Assembly (NCBI GenBank): GCA_035550395.1
Contig: DASZPF010000034.1
Coordinates: 188-64,187, forward strand
Direction of reading: 5' to 3'
Source: Acidobacteriaceae bacterium
GTDB lineage: Bacteria; Acidobacteriota; Terriglobia; Terriglobales; Acidobacteriaceae
DNA length: 64,000 nucleotides
A program made the position numbers and the translations under genes. Positions 9,861 through 20,358 of this stretch are shown here, piece after piece; the first letter of the stretch is position 1, and each line of letters starts with the position of its first letter. The notes under the pieces are model-generated. The model made no database searches, was not told the origin of the DNA, and worked only from the letters and a program-made list of their open reading frames with translations.

Positions 9861-11045
9861 GTGAAGAAGCTCGCCATCCTAGGCTCGACGGGATCGATCG
9901 GCCAGAGCACCCTTTCCATCTGCGAATCCTTTCCCGACCGCTATCAGGTCCTCTCTCTCGCCGCCGGACACAACCTGGATGAAGCCTTCGCGCAATGCTT
10001 GCGCTGGAAGCCCACGGTCATGTCCATGGCAACAGAGGAGTTGGCCGCCGGCCTGGCGGACCGCCTCCGCAAGGCCGGTCATGCCGGAACCGAGATCGTC
10101 TGGGGCGCGTCCGGCACGGTGCAGGTCGCCACCCTGCCGGAAGTTGACTTCGTCGTCTCCGCTATCGTCGGCGTTGCGGGCCTGGAAGCAACCTACGCCG
10201 CGGTGCGCGCCGGCAAGACCATCGGCCTTGCCAACAAGGAGTGCCTCGTAGCCGCCGGTGAACTCATCCTCACCGCCGCACGCGAGCACAACGTGGCCCT
10301 GCTCCCCATCGACTCCGAGCACAACGCTGTGCACCAGTGCATGCGCGGCGGCCGCCCCGCTGAGGTCCGGCAGATCTGGCTGACGGCATCCGGCGGCCCC
10401 TTCCGTTCTACCCCGCTCGCTGAGTTCGAGCACATCACGCCCGCGCAGGCCCTCAAGCACCCCACCTGGGTGATGGGCCGCCGCATCACCATCGACTCCG
10501 CCACCATGATGAACAAGGGCTTCGAGATCATCGAGGCCTGCCGCCTCTTCGACCTCCCGCCGGCCCAGGTCCGCGTGACCATCCATCCTCAGTCGACAGT
10601 CCACTCATTCGTCGAGTTCATCGACGGTTCGATCCTCGCGCAGATCTCCGTAACCGACATGCGCCTGCCCATCCTCTATGCACTGGCCTATCCGGAGCGC
10701 CCCGCTGCCCCGCAGCTTTCCTTCGATATGACCGCACTGAGCCGTCTGGACTTTTCCCAGCCCGATCCCGAGCGGTTCCCCTGCCTTCGTCTCGCCTATG
10801 AGGCAGCCGAGGCCGGTCCTGCCGCCTGCATCGCACTCAACGCGGCAGATGAGATTGCAGTTGCGGCATTCCTCGAAGGTCGCATTCCATTCACTGCTAT
10901 CCCACGTACAATCGAGGACGTGCTGGCCGCAACGCCGTCGGAAGCTCCAACATCTATTGAAGATGTGCTGGCCGGCGACAGAGCGGCCCGGGAGCGCGCC
11001 GCCGAGATGACCAGCCGTTATGCAGTGCAGGCGGTTCGCGCATGA
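9861..11045 (+). CDS. dxr: 1-deoxy-D-xylulose-5-phosphate reductoisomerase
   Basis: ILGSTGSIG, LANKE, PIDSEH, TASGGPF, HPTW.MG, NKGFEIIEA. Confidence 0.97.
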   Translation: MKKLAILGSTGSIGQSTLSICESFPDRYQVLSLAAGHNLDEAFAQCLRWKPTVMSMATEELAAGLADRLRKAGHAGTEIVWGASGTVQVATLPEVDFVVSAIVGVAGLEATYAAVRAGKTIGLANKECLVAAGELILTAAREHNVALLPIDSEHNAVHQCMRGGRPAEVRQIWLTASGGPFRSTPLAEFEHITPAQALKHPTWVMGRRITIDSATMMNKGFEIIEACRLFDLPPAQVRVTIHPQSTVHSFVEFIDGSILAQISVTDMRLPILYALAYPERPAAPQLSFDMTALSRLDFSQPDPERFPCLRLAYEAAEAGPAACIALNAADEIAVAAFLEGRIPFTAIPRTIEDVLAATPSEAPTSIEDVLAGDRAARERAAEMTSRYAVQAVRA

Positions 11046-11080
11046 GGATTCAGGCAGTCTGCCAAGAGCGCATTTTCGTC

Positions 11081-11165
11081 AAAGGCAGGGCTTCAGAGCC
11101 TGTCCTGAGCGAAGTCGAAGGGTGCCGTAGAGTTCTAAATTTGACGGTGGCTTCGGCCCTTGAAG
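11081..11165. repeat. Composite REP-like palindromic element
   Basis: AAAGGCAGGGCTTCAG...GTGCCG family copy interrupted by AGCCTGTCCTGAGCGAAGTCGAAGG, followed by a second GGCTTCGGCC hairpin. Confidence 0.65.
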
Positions 11166-11229
11166 TCAAACTATTAGCTGTGCCGGTTGATGGCCATCGC
11201 AGCCGCGCCGTGAGGACCTCCTTTCTCCC

Positions 11230-12594
11230 ATGATCACTGTCATTCAATTGCTTCTGGTGCTCGGCCTGATGGTGCTTGTGCACGAACTTGGCCACTTCGT
11301 CCTCGCCAAGTGGTGCGGCGTGCGCGTGGAGGCCTTCGCCATCGGCTTCGGCAAGCGCTTGTGGGGCTTTCATCGCGGCGGCACGGACTACCGCATCAAT
11401 ATCCTGCCCTTCGGCGGCTACGTTAAGATGGCCGGCGAGATCCCGGGCGAAGAGGTTTCCGATGATCCCGGCGACCTCAATAACCATCCCCGCTGGCAGC
11501 GCATGCTCATCGCCGTCGCCGGCCCCGCGGCCAACTTCCTGCTGGCCTTCTGCCTCATGACCGCCGTCTACATGCTCCACAATGAGGTCAGCGCCTACGA
11601 ATCCGGCCCCGCCGTCACCGACTACATCTCCCCGCAGACCGCCGTAGCTAAAACCGGCATTCAGCCCGGCGATACCATCGTCCACTTCGACAACGTCGAG
11701 AAGCCAACCTGGGACGATGTGATTCAGCATGCGGCACTGAATCTGAACCAGACGATTCCCTTCTCATACATCCACGACGGCAAGCGGGTCGATACCAGGG
11801 TGTCGCTTCCCTTTGCGCAGAGCTCCGACCAGTTCAGCGTTGAGTCCGCAATTGATCTCGGCCTCGTGCCCAAGATGCAGGACACTCCCATCAAGGTCGA
11901 AACGCCTACCGCCGGAGGTCCTGCAGACCGCGCCGGCCTTAAGACCAACGACCAGATTGAGAGCATCGACGGTCTCCATATCCGCTCCGTACAAGCTCTG
12001 CTCGCCTATCTAGCTGACCAGAAGGGCAAGCCCGCGCATCTCGACGTACTGCGCAACGGCAAGCACCTTCAGATCACCGTCACCCCGGAGCTCACCGACT
12101 CCGGCGACGGCTCCGGCACCAAGGAATACCACCTCGGCTTCCTTGCCTTTGAGCCGCCCACCAAAATCGAGCAGCTCTCCTTCTCGAAATCTCTGGTTGC
12201 ATCCTGGCACTACACCAAGAAGAATTCACTGCTCATTGTCGATGTAATCAAGGGAATGTTTGAGCGTCATGTCTCCGTCAAGCAGCTCTCCGGCCCCATC
12301 GGCATCGGACAGGTGGTGCATGAGGCCGCCGAGGCGCCCGGCTGGATGCCGCTGATCGGGACCATCTCCATGATCTCGATCAATCTCGCCATGTTCAATC
12401 TGCTGCCGTTCCCCATTCTGGACGGCGGCATGATCTTCCTGCTGCTGGTGGAGAGCGCCTTTCAGCGCGATCTGCCCATGGCCGTCAAAGAGCGTATCTT
12501 CCAGGTGGCCTTCGTCTGCATCCTGCTCTTCGCCGCGATGGTCATCTACAACGACATCTCCAAACTGCCCTTCATCGTCCGCATGAGGTCGTAA
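11230..12594 (+). CDS. rseP: RIP metalloprotease RseP
   Basis: HELGH, GGYVKM, AGPAAN, two PDZ-like regions, NLLPFPILDGG. Confidence 0.95.
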   Translation: MITVIQLLLVLGLMVLVHELGHFVLAKWCGVRVEAFAIGFGKRLWGFHRGGTDYRINILPFGGYVKMAGEIPGEEVSDDPGDLNNHPRWQRMLIAVAGPAANFLLAFCLMTAVYMLHNEVSAYESGPAVTDYISPQTAVAKTGIQPGDTIVHFDNVEKPTWDDVIQHAALNLNQTIPFSYIHDGKRVDTRVSLPFAQSSDQFSVESAIDLGLVPKMQDTPIKVETPTAGGPADRAGLKTNDQIESIDGLHIRSVQALLAYLADQKGKPAHLDVLRNGKHLQITVTPELTDSGDGSGTKEYHLGFLAFEPPTKIEQLSFSKSLVASWHYTKKNSLLIVDVIKGMFERHVSVKQLSGPIGIGQVVHEAAEAPGWMPLIGTISMISINLAMFNLLPFPILDGGMIFLLLVESAFQRDLPMAVKERIFQVAFVCILLFAAMVIYNDISKLPFIVRMRS

Positions 12595-12634
12595 CCGGCC
12601 CGCTGTATCCTAATGCTTCCGCGTACGTGGAGAG

Positions 12635-13600
12635 GTGTCTATGAATGCCGCCGTCGTTCAGAGCTTCGATGCGCCGCCGCGCTATCAGCCTTTTGAAGAG
12701 CCCGTGCCACGCGCAGGGGAGCGGCTCGTCACAGTCACTGCGGCCGGCCTTCACCCGATCGTAAAGGCGTTGGCCTCCGGCGCCCACTACGGCAGCACGG
12801 CCGCGCCTCCCTTCGTCGCCGGCGTCGATGGAGTCGGGCGGCTTGACGACAATTCCCGCGTCTACTTCGGCATCGTGCGGGCCCCTTACGGCAGCTTTGC
12901 CGAACGCGCCCTCGCACCGGACTCGATGTGCATTCCCCTGCCGGAGGGCCTCGACGACGCCACCGCCGCGGGCACCGCAAATCCTGCTATGTCCTCCTGG
13001 GTCGCGCTCAAAACGAGGGCGCGGTTTGTGCCTGGCGAAAGCGTGTTAGTCCTTGGCGCCACCGGCATAGCCGGACACCTTGCAGTGCAGATCGCCAAAC
13101 AGATGGGCGCGCATCGCGTCATCGCCTGCGGTCGCAACCCGCAGGCTCTGGAAGAGGTCAGGGACCTCGGCGCCGATGCCATCGTCTCGCTCGACCAGCA
13201 ACACGATGCTCTGGTGGCTGCCCTGCGCAGCGAGATCGCCTCAGGCGGCGTCGACGTTGTCCTCGATTACCTGTGGGGGCCGCCTGCGCAGGCCACGCTG
13301 GAGGCACTCGCGCAGAAAAGCCTCAGCGCCACCGCACCGCGTGTGCGCTATGTGCAGATCGGCTCAAGTGCCGGCGGAACGATTCCCCTGCCTGCCGCGA
13401 CACTGCGCAGCTCCGGACTGGAGCTGCTGGGCAGCGGATTCGGCAGCGCATCGCTCGAACAGATCCGGACAGCTATCGCGGAGTTCTTCGCCGTGGCTGC
13501 TGTCCACCCTCTCCGCACATCGGTGACGACAGCCCCCCTGCGCGAGGTGGAGTCTCTCTGGAATGCTCGCGAGTCGGCTCGACTGGTCTTTCTGCCCTAG
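12635..13600 (+). CDS. MDR-superfamily oxidoreductase (quinone oxidoreductase-like)
   Basis: GVDGVG, VLVLGATGIAG, DVVLDYLWG; alternative start 12641. Confidence 0.85.
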   Translation: MSMNAAVVQSFDAPPRYQPFEEPVPRAGERLVTVTAAGLHPIVKALASGAHYGSTAAPPFVAGVDGVGRLDDNSRVYFGIVRAPYGSFAERALAPDSMCIPLPEGLDDATAAGTANPAMSSWVALKTRARFVPGESVLVLGATGIAGHLAVQIAKQMGAHRVIACGRNPQALEEVRDLGADAIVSLDQQHDALVAALRSEIASGGVDVVLDYLWGPPAQATLEALAQKSLSATAPRVRYVQIGSSAGGTIPLPAATLRSSGLELLGSGFGSASLEQIRTAIAEFFAVAAVHPLRTSVTTAPLREVESLWNARESARLVFLP

Positions 13601-13624
13601 CTGCCCTCAATCGCCCAGTTCGGC

Positions 13625-14617
13625 CTAAGCCCTTGCCCGCAGCTCTGTGGCAATCTCCGCCGCTGCCTTGCGCGCCTCGTCTTCCCGGTCGGGCGGGAAG
13701 CTTACCGCGCCGACACGGGCGTGCCCACCACCTCCGTAGCGCTCGCAGATGGCTGCCAGGTTTGCCAACTCCGCTACCGGCACCTTCGTCCACGGATTGG
13801 TACCCACCGCCACTTTCGTTCGGAAGCTCGACCGGCTGAGTCCGACGTTATACGTCGCCGCTGGAAAGAGGTAATACGGAATGAATTTGTTGTAGCCCTC
13901 GGTCAGCCGGTCCGTAATGTCGAAGGTCACAACCCCGCGGTCCAGCGCTGCGCGCTCGCGCAGCAGCTCGATGCCCGCCAGATGCCGCTCCATCAGAGGA
14001 CCTAATTCGGCCTGAATAAACGGCTGGTCCAGAACATCCTGCAGACTCATCTCGGTCAGCAGCGGAATCACCTGCGGCACAAAACCCTCGCCGGAACTCT
14101 CAATCACCATCGTCAGCTTCATAGCCGGCGCCGCCATCTCCACAGCCGCCTCGGCGCTCTCGTAGCGGGCTCCGTCCACAATGTCCGCCCAGTAGATCAG
14201 TTCCTTGAGAGGGGCCGTGTCGAAGCCGAACTTCTCGCGCGCCACATCCGCGATCAGGCTGGTGCAGGAGACATAGTGCGGATCGTAAAACCTGCCCCCA
14301 CTGACGGCCGCGCCCGGAGCCGCCGCACGTGCCTGCCATGCCAGAAAATCCTGCTGGTCTTCCGGCGTCAGAAACGCGCTTTGGTGATGATCGAACCACC
14401 AGGTGACACGTGGTGAGGGGGAATATTTGAAGTCGACGATCGCATTCTCGCCATCGACGAACGCGGTCTCGTCAAAGAGAGAGCCCGCCCGGTGCATCAG
14501 GCCATAGTAGGAATATTCCCGCGCCGTGCCGATGCACTCACGATGGAAGCGCGTAAAGACAGACGCCGAACAGGCGCCGTCGAAGCAGTGGTCGTGATAA
14601 AACACGCGACACCTCAA
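13625..14617 (-). CDS. DHH/DHHA1 family phosphoesterase (nanoRNase-like)
   Basis: YHDHCFDG, IVDF, WFDHH, GGGH; TTG start at 14617 with upstream GGAGG. Confidence 0.8.
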   Translation of the reverse strand: MRCRVFYHDHCFDGACSASVFTRFHRECIGTAREYSYYGLMHRAGSLFDETAFVDGENAIVDFKYSPSPRVTWWFDHHQSAFLTPEDQQDFLAWQARAAAPGAAVSGGRFYDPHYVSCTSLIADVAREKFGFDTAPLKELIYWADIVDGARYESAEAAVEMAAPAMKLTMVIESSGEGFVPQVIPLLTEMSLQDVLDQPFIQAELGPLMERHLAGIELLRERAALDRGVVTFDITDRLTEGYNKFIPYYLFPAATYNVGLSRSSFRTKVAVGTNPWTKVPVAELANLAAICERYGGGGHARVGAVSFPPDREDEARKAAAEIATELRARA

Positions 14618-14820
14618 AGCGGCAAGCCCTCCGCCGTGTCGCTGATCGCTGTCATTGATTTGCCCTGAGCCCACACCATGCCAAGCTCCTAGGATTGATG
14701 GCGCATGCGCCGCGTGTCAAGCCTGACTGCGCATAAGCGCGGTTTCGCACGCACGTTTCGTCGTCGGCAGAAGAAAAATTACCCCGCGGCACTGCTAGTG
14801 TGGGGCTACACTGATGTGCA

Positions 14821-15885
14821 ATGAAGCCACCCGCACCCGAGGCGCCAGACGCGCCAAAGCACGACGGCGATGCGATGCTGCCTCCCGCCGAGCATTGGCT
14901 GACTGCATTCCCGCTGAGCATCTTCTGGGGGCGCGATGGACTGCGCGCTGTCTGGGGAGTCATTGTCTTTCTGCTGGCCTTTGCCGGGCTCAGCTCCTGC
15001 TTCGCGCCGCTGGCTCATTTCTTCTACCCCAAAGGGACCATTATTCTGCCAATGGCGCCTGGCAGGCTGTTCCTCGTGGAGGGCATAAGCCTGTTCTGCG
15101 CTGCGATCGCCACGCTCACCATGGCCCGGCTGGAGCGGCGGCCGGTTGCGGCATACGGCTTTCAATCGCGATCGTGTCTGCGGAACTTCGCCCTTGGACT
15201 GATCACCGGTCTGGTGTTGCTGTCCCTGCTGGTGCTTCTGTTGCATACGCTGGGGCTGCTTGCGTTCGATGCGCGGCTGCTCTCCGCGGGTGCTGCCCTT
15301 TGCTATGCCGCAGTATGGCTCTTCGGCTTCCTTCTGGTGGGACTGCTGGAAGAGGTTCTAGGCCGCGGATATCTCCAGTTCACGCTCACCCGCGGCCTCA
15401 TCGCGGTCTATCGTTGGCTCTTCGGACCGCGATATGCAAATGCACTCGGCTTCTGGACCGCCGCAACGGCTCTCTCCTACTGCTTCGGAGCAGGCCACGG
15501 CAGCAACTCCGGCGAATCGCCTCTGGGTCTGCTCGCCGCGGGGCTCGCCGGCTTTCTTTTCTGCTTCAGCCTCTGGCGTACCGGATCGCTTTGGTGGGCC
15601 ATCGGCTTCCATACCAGCTGGGACTGGGCGCAGTCGTTCCTCTACGGCGTACCGGACAGCGGCCTGCTGGTGCAGCACCGCTTGTTCGCGACCCATGCAC
15701 TGGGAACGACATGGCTTTCCGGCGGCCTCACAGGGCCCGAGGGCAGCATCCTGTTCCTGCCCGTCGCCCTGGCCGGCGCGGCAATCATAGTTATTACCCT
15801 GCCGGCCACGCATCATGGGTATATTGCTGCAGACAACCCCGAGCCCGCTGCCGAGCAGCGAAGGCACACCTCCGTTTTGCCGTAG
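14821..15885 (+). CDS. CPBP (CAAX/Abi) intramembrane protease
   Basis: Multi-TM; EEVLGRG, FGAGH, HTSWD motifs. Confidence 0.9.
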   Translation: MKPPAPEAPDAPKHDGDAMLPPAEHWLTAFPLSIFWGRDGLRAVWGVIVFLLAFAGLSSCFAPLAHFFYPKGTIILPMAPGRLFLVEGISLFCAAIATLTMARLERRPVAAYGFQSRSCLRNFALGLITGLVLLSLLVLLLHTLGLLAFDARLLSAGAALCYAAVWLFGFLLVGLLEEVLGRGYLQFTLTRGLIAVYRWLFGPRYANALGFWTAATALSYCFGAGHGSNSGESPLGLLAAGLAGFLFCFSLWRTGSLWWAIGFHTSWDWAQSFLYGVPDSGLLVQHRLFATHALGTTWLSGGLTGPEGSILFLPVALAGAAIIVITLPATHHGYIAADNPEPAAEQRRHTSVLP

Positions 15886-15901
15886 ACTGACCGGGAGAGC
15901 T

Positions 15902-18586
15902 ATGAGCAGCGAAGAGCCTGATCTCCCCGTATCCGACGATCCGCATCGCGCCACCTTTGCCACTCCTGCACCGCAGCCTCCCAGGCGGCGCTGGGGCCGG
16001 ATCCTTGGCCTGCTGCTGTTGATCTTGGCCATCCTTGCCGCCGGCGCATGGATCTTCGGCCGCATTTATTTTGGCCGCGCCATGCGGGCCAATCTGCCTC
16101 AGCTCGATGGCAGCCAGGTCGTCTATGGACTCGCCGCACCGGTGACCGTAACGCGCGACGCCCACGGCGTGCCTCACATCAATGCCGCTTCCATGGACGA
16201 CCTCATCTTCGCCCAGGGATACATCACCGCGCAGGACCGCCTGTGGCAGATGGAGCTGATGCGGCGGGAGGCCGCCGGTGAGCTGGCTGCCGTCATGGGA
16301 CGCACCGTCCTGCAGCACGACGTGATGGAGCGCGCGCTGCAGTTGCGCGCCGCGGCGGACCGGGCCGTGGCCGCACTGCCTGCGGACCAGAAGCACTGGC
16401 TCGCCGTATACGCCCGCGGAGTCAATGCCTCCATCGTCGCGCAGCATTCGCATCTGCCGGTGGAATTCCGCCTGTTGGGATACAGCCCTGCTGCGTGGAC
16501 TCCGCGCGACTCCATCCTGGTTGAGCTCGCCATGTATCAGGAGCTCACCAATGAGTTCTCGACCAAACTGGTCCGCGAGCAGCTCACTGCGCATCTCCCT
16601 GCGGACCTCATCGCGGATCTGTACCCGGTAGGGTCCTGGCGCGATCATGTTCCCGGCGCTCAGGCCCCTGATCTGAGCGCGCCACAGGCCGCCTCTGCTC
16701 CGCTCGACGAATCGCAGTCCCGTGTCGTTCCGCCGGTAAATCTTTTGCCGCTCGAGCAAACGCAGGCAATCTTCAACCCTCGTTGCGCATCCTGCGTTGC
16801 CGGGTCGAACGGATGGGCCGTCGCCGGCTCGCGCACCGCCTCCGGCAAGCCTCTGCTCTCCAACGATATGCACCTGAATCTGATGGTGCCGGGCACCTGG
16901 TATGAAGCTGACCTGCAGGCAGCACTGCCCCCGCCCCTCGCTGCATTCCATGTAGCCGGCGTAACACTGCCGGGTGTTCCTTTTGTGGTCGTCGGCCATA
17001 ATGACCATGTCGCCTGGGGCTTTACGAATCTTGGCGCGGATGTGCAGGACCTCTACATCGAGCACACACGCGGTACTCCCTCCGGCGCGCAGTACCAGAC
17101 TGCCACCGGCGAGTGGCTCCCGATGAAGTACAGCCGGGAGACGATTCACGTGCGCAGCAACAAGGACGTCGTAATCGACATCCCGCTCACTCATCACGGA
17201 GACGTGGATACCCCGGTCATCTCTGCGCTGATGCCAGGTGAGACGCGCAGCCTCAGCCTTCGCTGGAGTGTCTATGACCCCGCCGCGCTCGCCGTGCCGC
17301 TCTTTGCCATCAACAGTGCCGGGGACTGGGCCTCGATGCTCTCCGCCTTCTCTACATGGGGACCGCCGCTGAACATGATGTACGCCGACGACCAGGGCCA
17401 CATCGGCTATCATGCGGTCGGAAAAATCCCGGTCCGCGGGGACATCAATAATCCCGGCGCACTTGCTCCAGTGCCTACGGACGTGGCTGCCTCCGACGCC
17501 TCGATGCATGAGTGGGCCGGATACATTCCCTTTGACCAGCTTCCCCAATCCCTCGATCCCACAGACGGCGTGCTCGCTACGGCCAACTCGCGCGTCACGC
17601 CGGATGGCTATCGTTATCCCATCACGCTCGACTGGATGGCTCCATATCGCACCGAGCGAATCTACAAAGTGCTTGAGTCGAGCCCTGCTCGGACCGCCGA
17701 GGGCGCCGTCTCAGGCAATGGGCATCTGCTGACCTCCTCCGACATGCTTGCGCTGCAGACCGACGTCTATTCGGAGCTCGATCAGGAGATCGCGCACCGC
17801 CTGGCCTATGCCATCGATCACGCCACAGGCCCGCTGAAGGGCGACGCCGAACTCCATCAGGCAGCCGACCTGCTGCGCAGCTGGAACGGCAGTGTCGATG
17901 CCACAGCCGCGGCACCAGCCATCGTCAACGCCTCGCGTGATGCCTTCTGGCCTCTGCTGCTCATCCCCCGGCTGCTGCCCCAGGTTGCGGATCAGCTGGC
18001 CCATGGCGCGGACATGAGCAAGCTCAAGCTTCCTTCCGATCAGGCCGCGCTGGGTAATCTCGGGCAGCAATACACTTGGGGCGAGCGAGGCTATGTCGAG
18101 GAGCAGCTCTTGTCCAGCACGCCGGCCCGCTGGCTGCCGAAGGGTTACGCGACCTGGGATGACTTTCTCGCCGCCGTGGTCAAACGCGGCCTCGCAAATG
18201 CCAAGGCGCCGCGCAACCTTGGCTCATGGCAACAGGGCGAGGCCTCTCCGGTCGATATCGAGCATCCGCTCTTTTCGCACTTTCTTCTCGCGCAAATGCT
18301 GCTCGGTGTTCCTACCGGCACCGGTCCGCAGCCTAAGAGCGGTGACGAAACCACGGTGAAACAAATCAGCCGCAGCTTCGGCCCCTCGGAGCGCTTTACA
18401 GCCGACCTCTCGAATCTCGACAACACAACCCTCAACATCGTGCTGGGCCAGTCAGGCAATCCCGCCAGCCCGTGGTTCATGGATCAGTTTCAGGACTGGC
18501 TCAACGGCCGCACTTATACCTTGCCTTTCTCTACCGCGGCCACGCAGCCCACCATCACGCACACCCTGACGCTGAACCCGCGATGA
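15902..18586 (+). CDS. Penicillin acylase family Ntn-hydrolase (S45), N-terminally membrane-anchored
   Basis: RDAHGVPHI, QDRLWQME, GSNGW (catalytic Ser), LSNDMHL, GQSG; GGGAG before ATG 15902. Confidence 0.9.
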   Translation: MSSEEPDLPVSDDPHRATFATPAPQPPRRRWGRILGLLLLILAILAAGAWIFGRIYFGRAMRANLPQLDGSQVVYGLAAPVTVTRDAHGVPHINAASMDDLIFAQGYITAQDRLWQMELMRREAAGELAAVMGRTVLQHDVMERALQLRAAADRAVAALPADQKHWLAVYARGVNASIVAQHSHLPVEFRLLGYSPAAWTPRDSILVELAMYQELTNEFSTKLVREQLTAHLPADLIADLYPVGSWRDHVPGAQAPDLSAPQAASAPLDESQSRVVPPVNLLPLEQTQAIFNPRCASCVAGSNGWAVAGSRTASGKPLLSNDMHLNLMVPGTWYEADLQAALPPPLAAFHVAGVTLPGVPFVVVGHNDHVAWGFTNLGADVQDLYIEHTRGTPSGAQYQTATGEWLPMKYSRETIHVRSNKDVVIDIPLTHHGDVDTPVISALMPGETRSLSLRWSVYDPAALAVPLFAINSAGDWASMLSAFSTWGPPLNMMYADDQGHIGYHAVGKIPVRGDINNPGALAPVPTDVAASDASMHEWAGYIPFDQLPQSLDPTDGVLATANSRVTPDGYRYPITLDWMAPYRTERIYKVLESSPARTAEGAVSGNGHLLTSSDMLALQTDVYSELDQEIAHRLAYAIDHATGPLKGDAELHQAADLLRSWNGSVDATAAAPAIVNASRDAFWPLLLIPRLLPQVADQLAHGADMSKLKLPSDQAALGNLGQQYTWGERGYVEEQLLSSTPARWLPKGYATWDDFLAAVVKRGLANAKAPRNLGSWQQGEASPVDIEHPLFSHFLLAQMLLGVPTGTGPQPKSGDETTVKQISRSFGPSERFTADLSNLDNTTLNIVLGQSGNPASPWFMDQFQDWLNGRTYTLPFSTAATQPTITHTLTLNPR

Positions 18587-20358
18587 GCCCGCCGCGCGCT
18601 CCATGGTGCAGCCCGGTGGGCGATACCTCAGTGGACCGCGGCGCGCGTCTTCTCATTCCGCTGTTGGCGCTATTGCTCATCGCACCGCTCCTTGTGCGCG
18701 GATGCTCCTGTGGACATGACTTCGACTTCCATCTGCTGAGCTGGATCGAGGCCGCCCAGCAGATCTCGCATGGCAATCTGCATCCGCACTGGGCTTATAC
18801 TCCCGCCTACAACGCCGGCGAACCGCGATTCGTCTTCTATCCCCCCGTCTCCTGGTATCTCGGGGCGGGAATTGGCCTCGGGCTCGAGCATCTGCCACGG
18901 ATGACCGAAGCCGCTGCATGGACCGCCGCGCCGATCCTCTTCACATGGATCGCGCTGACGCTCTCCGGGCTTTCCATGTTTCGTCTGGCTCGCCGCTTCG
19001 CGGGCGCAAACGCAGCGCTTCTCGCCTCCGCCGTTTACCTGGCGAGCCCCTACATGCTCTTCACCGCATTCGAGCGTACCGCCTATGCCGAGCTGCTGGC
19101 GGCGGCATGGATCCCTTTATTGCTCGAGGCCGTCCTGCGCGAAAGACCCACGATACCGGGCGTCGCCATCCCGGTCGCTCTGCTCTGGCTCACCAACGCC
19201 CCTGCCGCCGTAATGGGTTGCTATGCGCTGGCATTGCTGACGGCAGTGCGACTCTGTGTCGAGATCTTTGCCTCAGGCGCGATCATAGTTGAGCGCGACG
19301 CGGCTTTACGTCTTTCTGCGCAAATCTCCGGCGGTGCCACGCTCGGCCTCGCGCTCGCAGCGTTCTACATCGTGCCCGCGGCCTGGGAACGCCGCTATGT
19401 GCAAGCAGCGATGGCAACCGTCGGCGGCATGAGCATCGGAGAGAACTTCCTCTTTGAGCACACCGGTTCGTCGCCCGATGATCTGCTGCACGATCAGGTG
19501 CTCCACACCGCATCTGTCATCGCGGTGATGACGCTTGTGGTGACCTTCACCGCGCTCGTCCTGCTTGCATTGCGCCGCATGAAGGCTGCTTCTCGCCAGA
19601 CTCGCCTCCTTCTCCCACTGCTGGTCCTCACGGCGGCCATCAGTTTTGCTCTAACACCCGCCAGCGCGGCGATATGGCGCATTACTCCAGAAGCAATCTA
19701 TCTGCAATTTCCGTGGCGGCTGCTGGCAGTGCTCGCCCCGGCCGGCGCGCTCGCCATCGCAATCCATCTCGTGCAGATTGAACGGGGGCTTCGCCACGCC
19801 CATGTTGCTTTAACGGCCATCATCCTCGTCGCGGCCCTTGGCCTTCCGGCGTGGCATCTCTTCCGTCAATCCTGCGACCCCGAGGACACCGCTGCCGCCC
19901 GCGTTGCGCTCTTCCACTCCCACGCCGGCACCGATCCAACCGATGAATACACGCCCACTGCCGCGGATAACGACGCGCTCCAGCCCGGCAATGCCCCTTT
20001 CTGGATTGGGAACTCGCCCACCGCGCCTCCGCCCCCAGGTCACCCTGCCGGCCCGGCGCCCATGCATCTCCGGGTGGATGCGCCTCGCGCCGAATCTCTC
20101 GTCCTCAACCTGCGCAACTATCCGGCATGGCGCATCACGCGGACCACCGACGGCTCCACAGCGCAGATCATCGCCGCACGTGAGCCCCGGCCGGACGGCC
20201 TCGTTGCAATTGAAGTCCCCGCCGGCAACTCCATCATTGATATCCACTACGCCCACACGTTCGATGAAACGCTCGGTGACCTCATCTCGCTGTGTGCACT
20301 GGTCATCGCTGCGCTCCTTCTGCGAGCGCGCTATCCCAGCGCTGCTACACGCCCCTAG
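18583..20358 (+). CDS. GT-C-like membrane protein (6-pyruvoyl-tetrahydropterin synthase-related family)
   Basis: GHDFDFH, GEPRFVFYPP, QFPWR, many TMs; ATGA overlap with the acylase. Confidence 0.75.
   Translation: MSPPRAPWCSPVGDTSVDRGARLLIPLLALLLIAPLLVRGCSCGHDFDFHLLSWIEAAQQISHGNLHPHWAYTPAYNAGEPRFVFYPPVSWYLGAGIGLGLEHLPRMTEAAAWTAAPILFTWIALTLSGLSMFRLARRFAGANAALLASAVYLASPYMLFTAFERTAYAELLAAAWIPLLLEAVLRERPTIPGVAIPVALLWLTNAPAAVMGCYALALLTAVRLCVEIFASGAIIVERDAALRLSAQISGGATLGLALAAFYIVPAAWERRYVQAAMATVGGMSIGENFLFEHTGSSPDDLLHDQVLHTASVIAVMTLVVTFTALVLLALRRMKAASRQTRLLLPLLVLTAAISFALTPASAAIWRITPEAIYLQFPWRLLAVLAPAGALAIAIHLVQIERGLRHAHVALTAIILVAALGLPAWHLFRQSCDPEDTAAARVALFHSHAGTDPTDEYTPTAADNDALQPGNAPFWIGNSPTAPPPPGHPAGPAPMHLRVDAPRAESLVLNLRNYPAWRITRTTDGSTAQIIAAREPRPDGLVAIEVPAGNSIIDIHYAHTFDETLGDLISLCALVIAALLLRARYPSAATRP

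Noticed and set aside
11042-11233. 63-aa ORF between dxr and rseP
   Set aside because: Its sequence (PVLSEVEG) is a translated REP element; the overlaps with both neighbours may be chance
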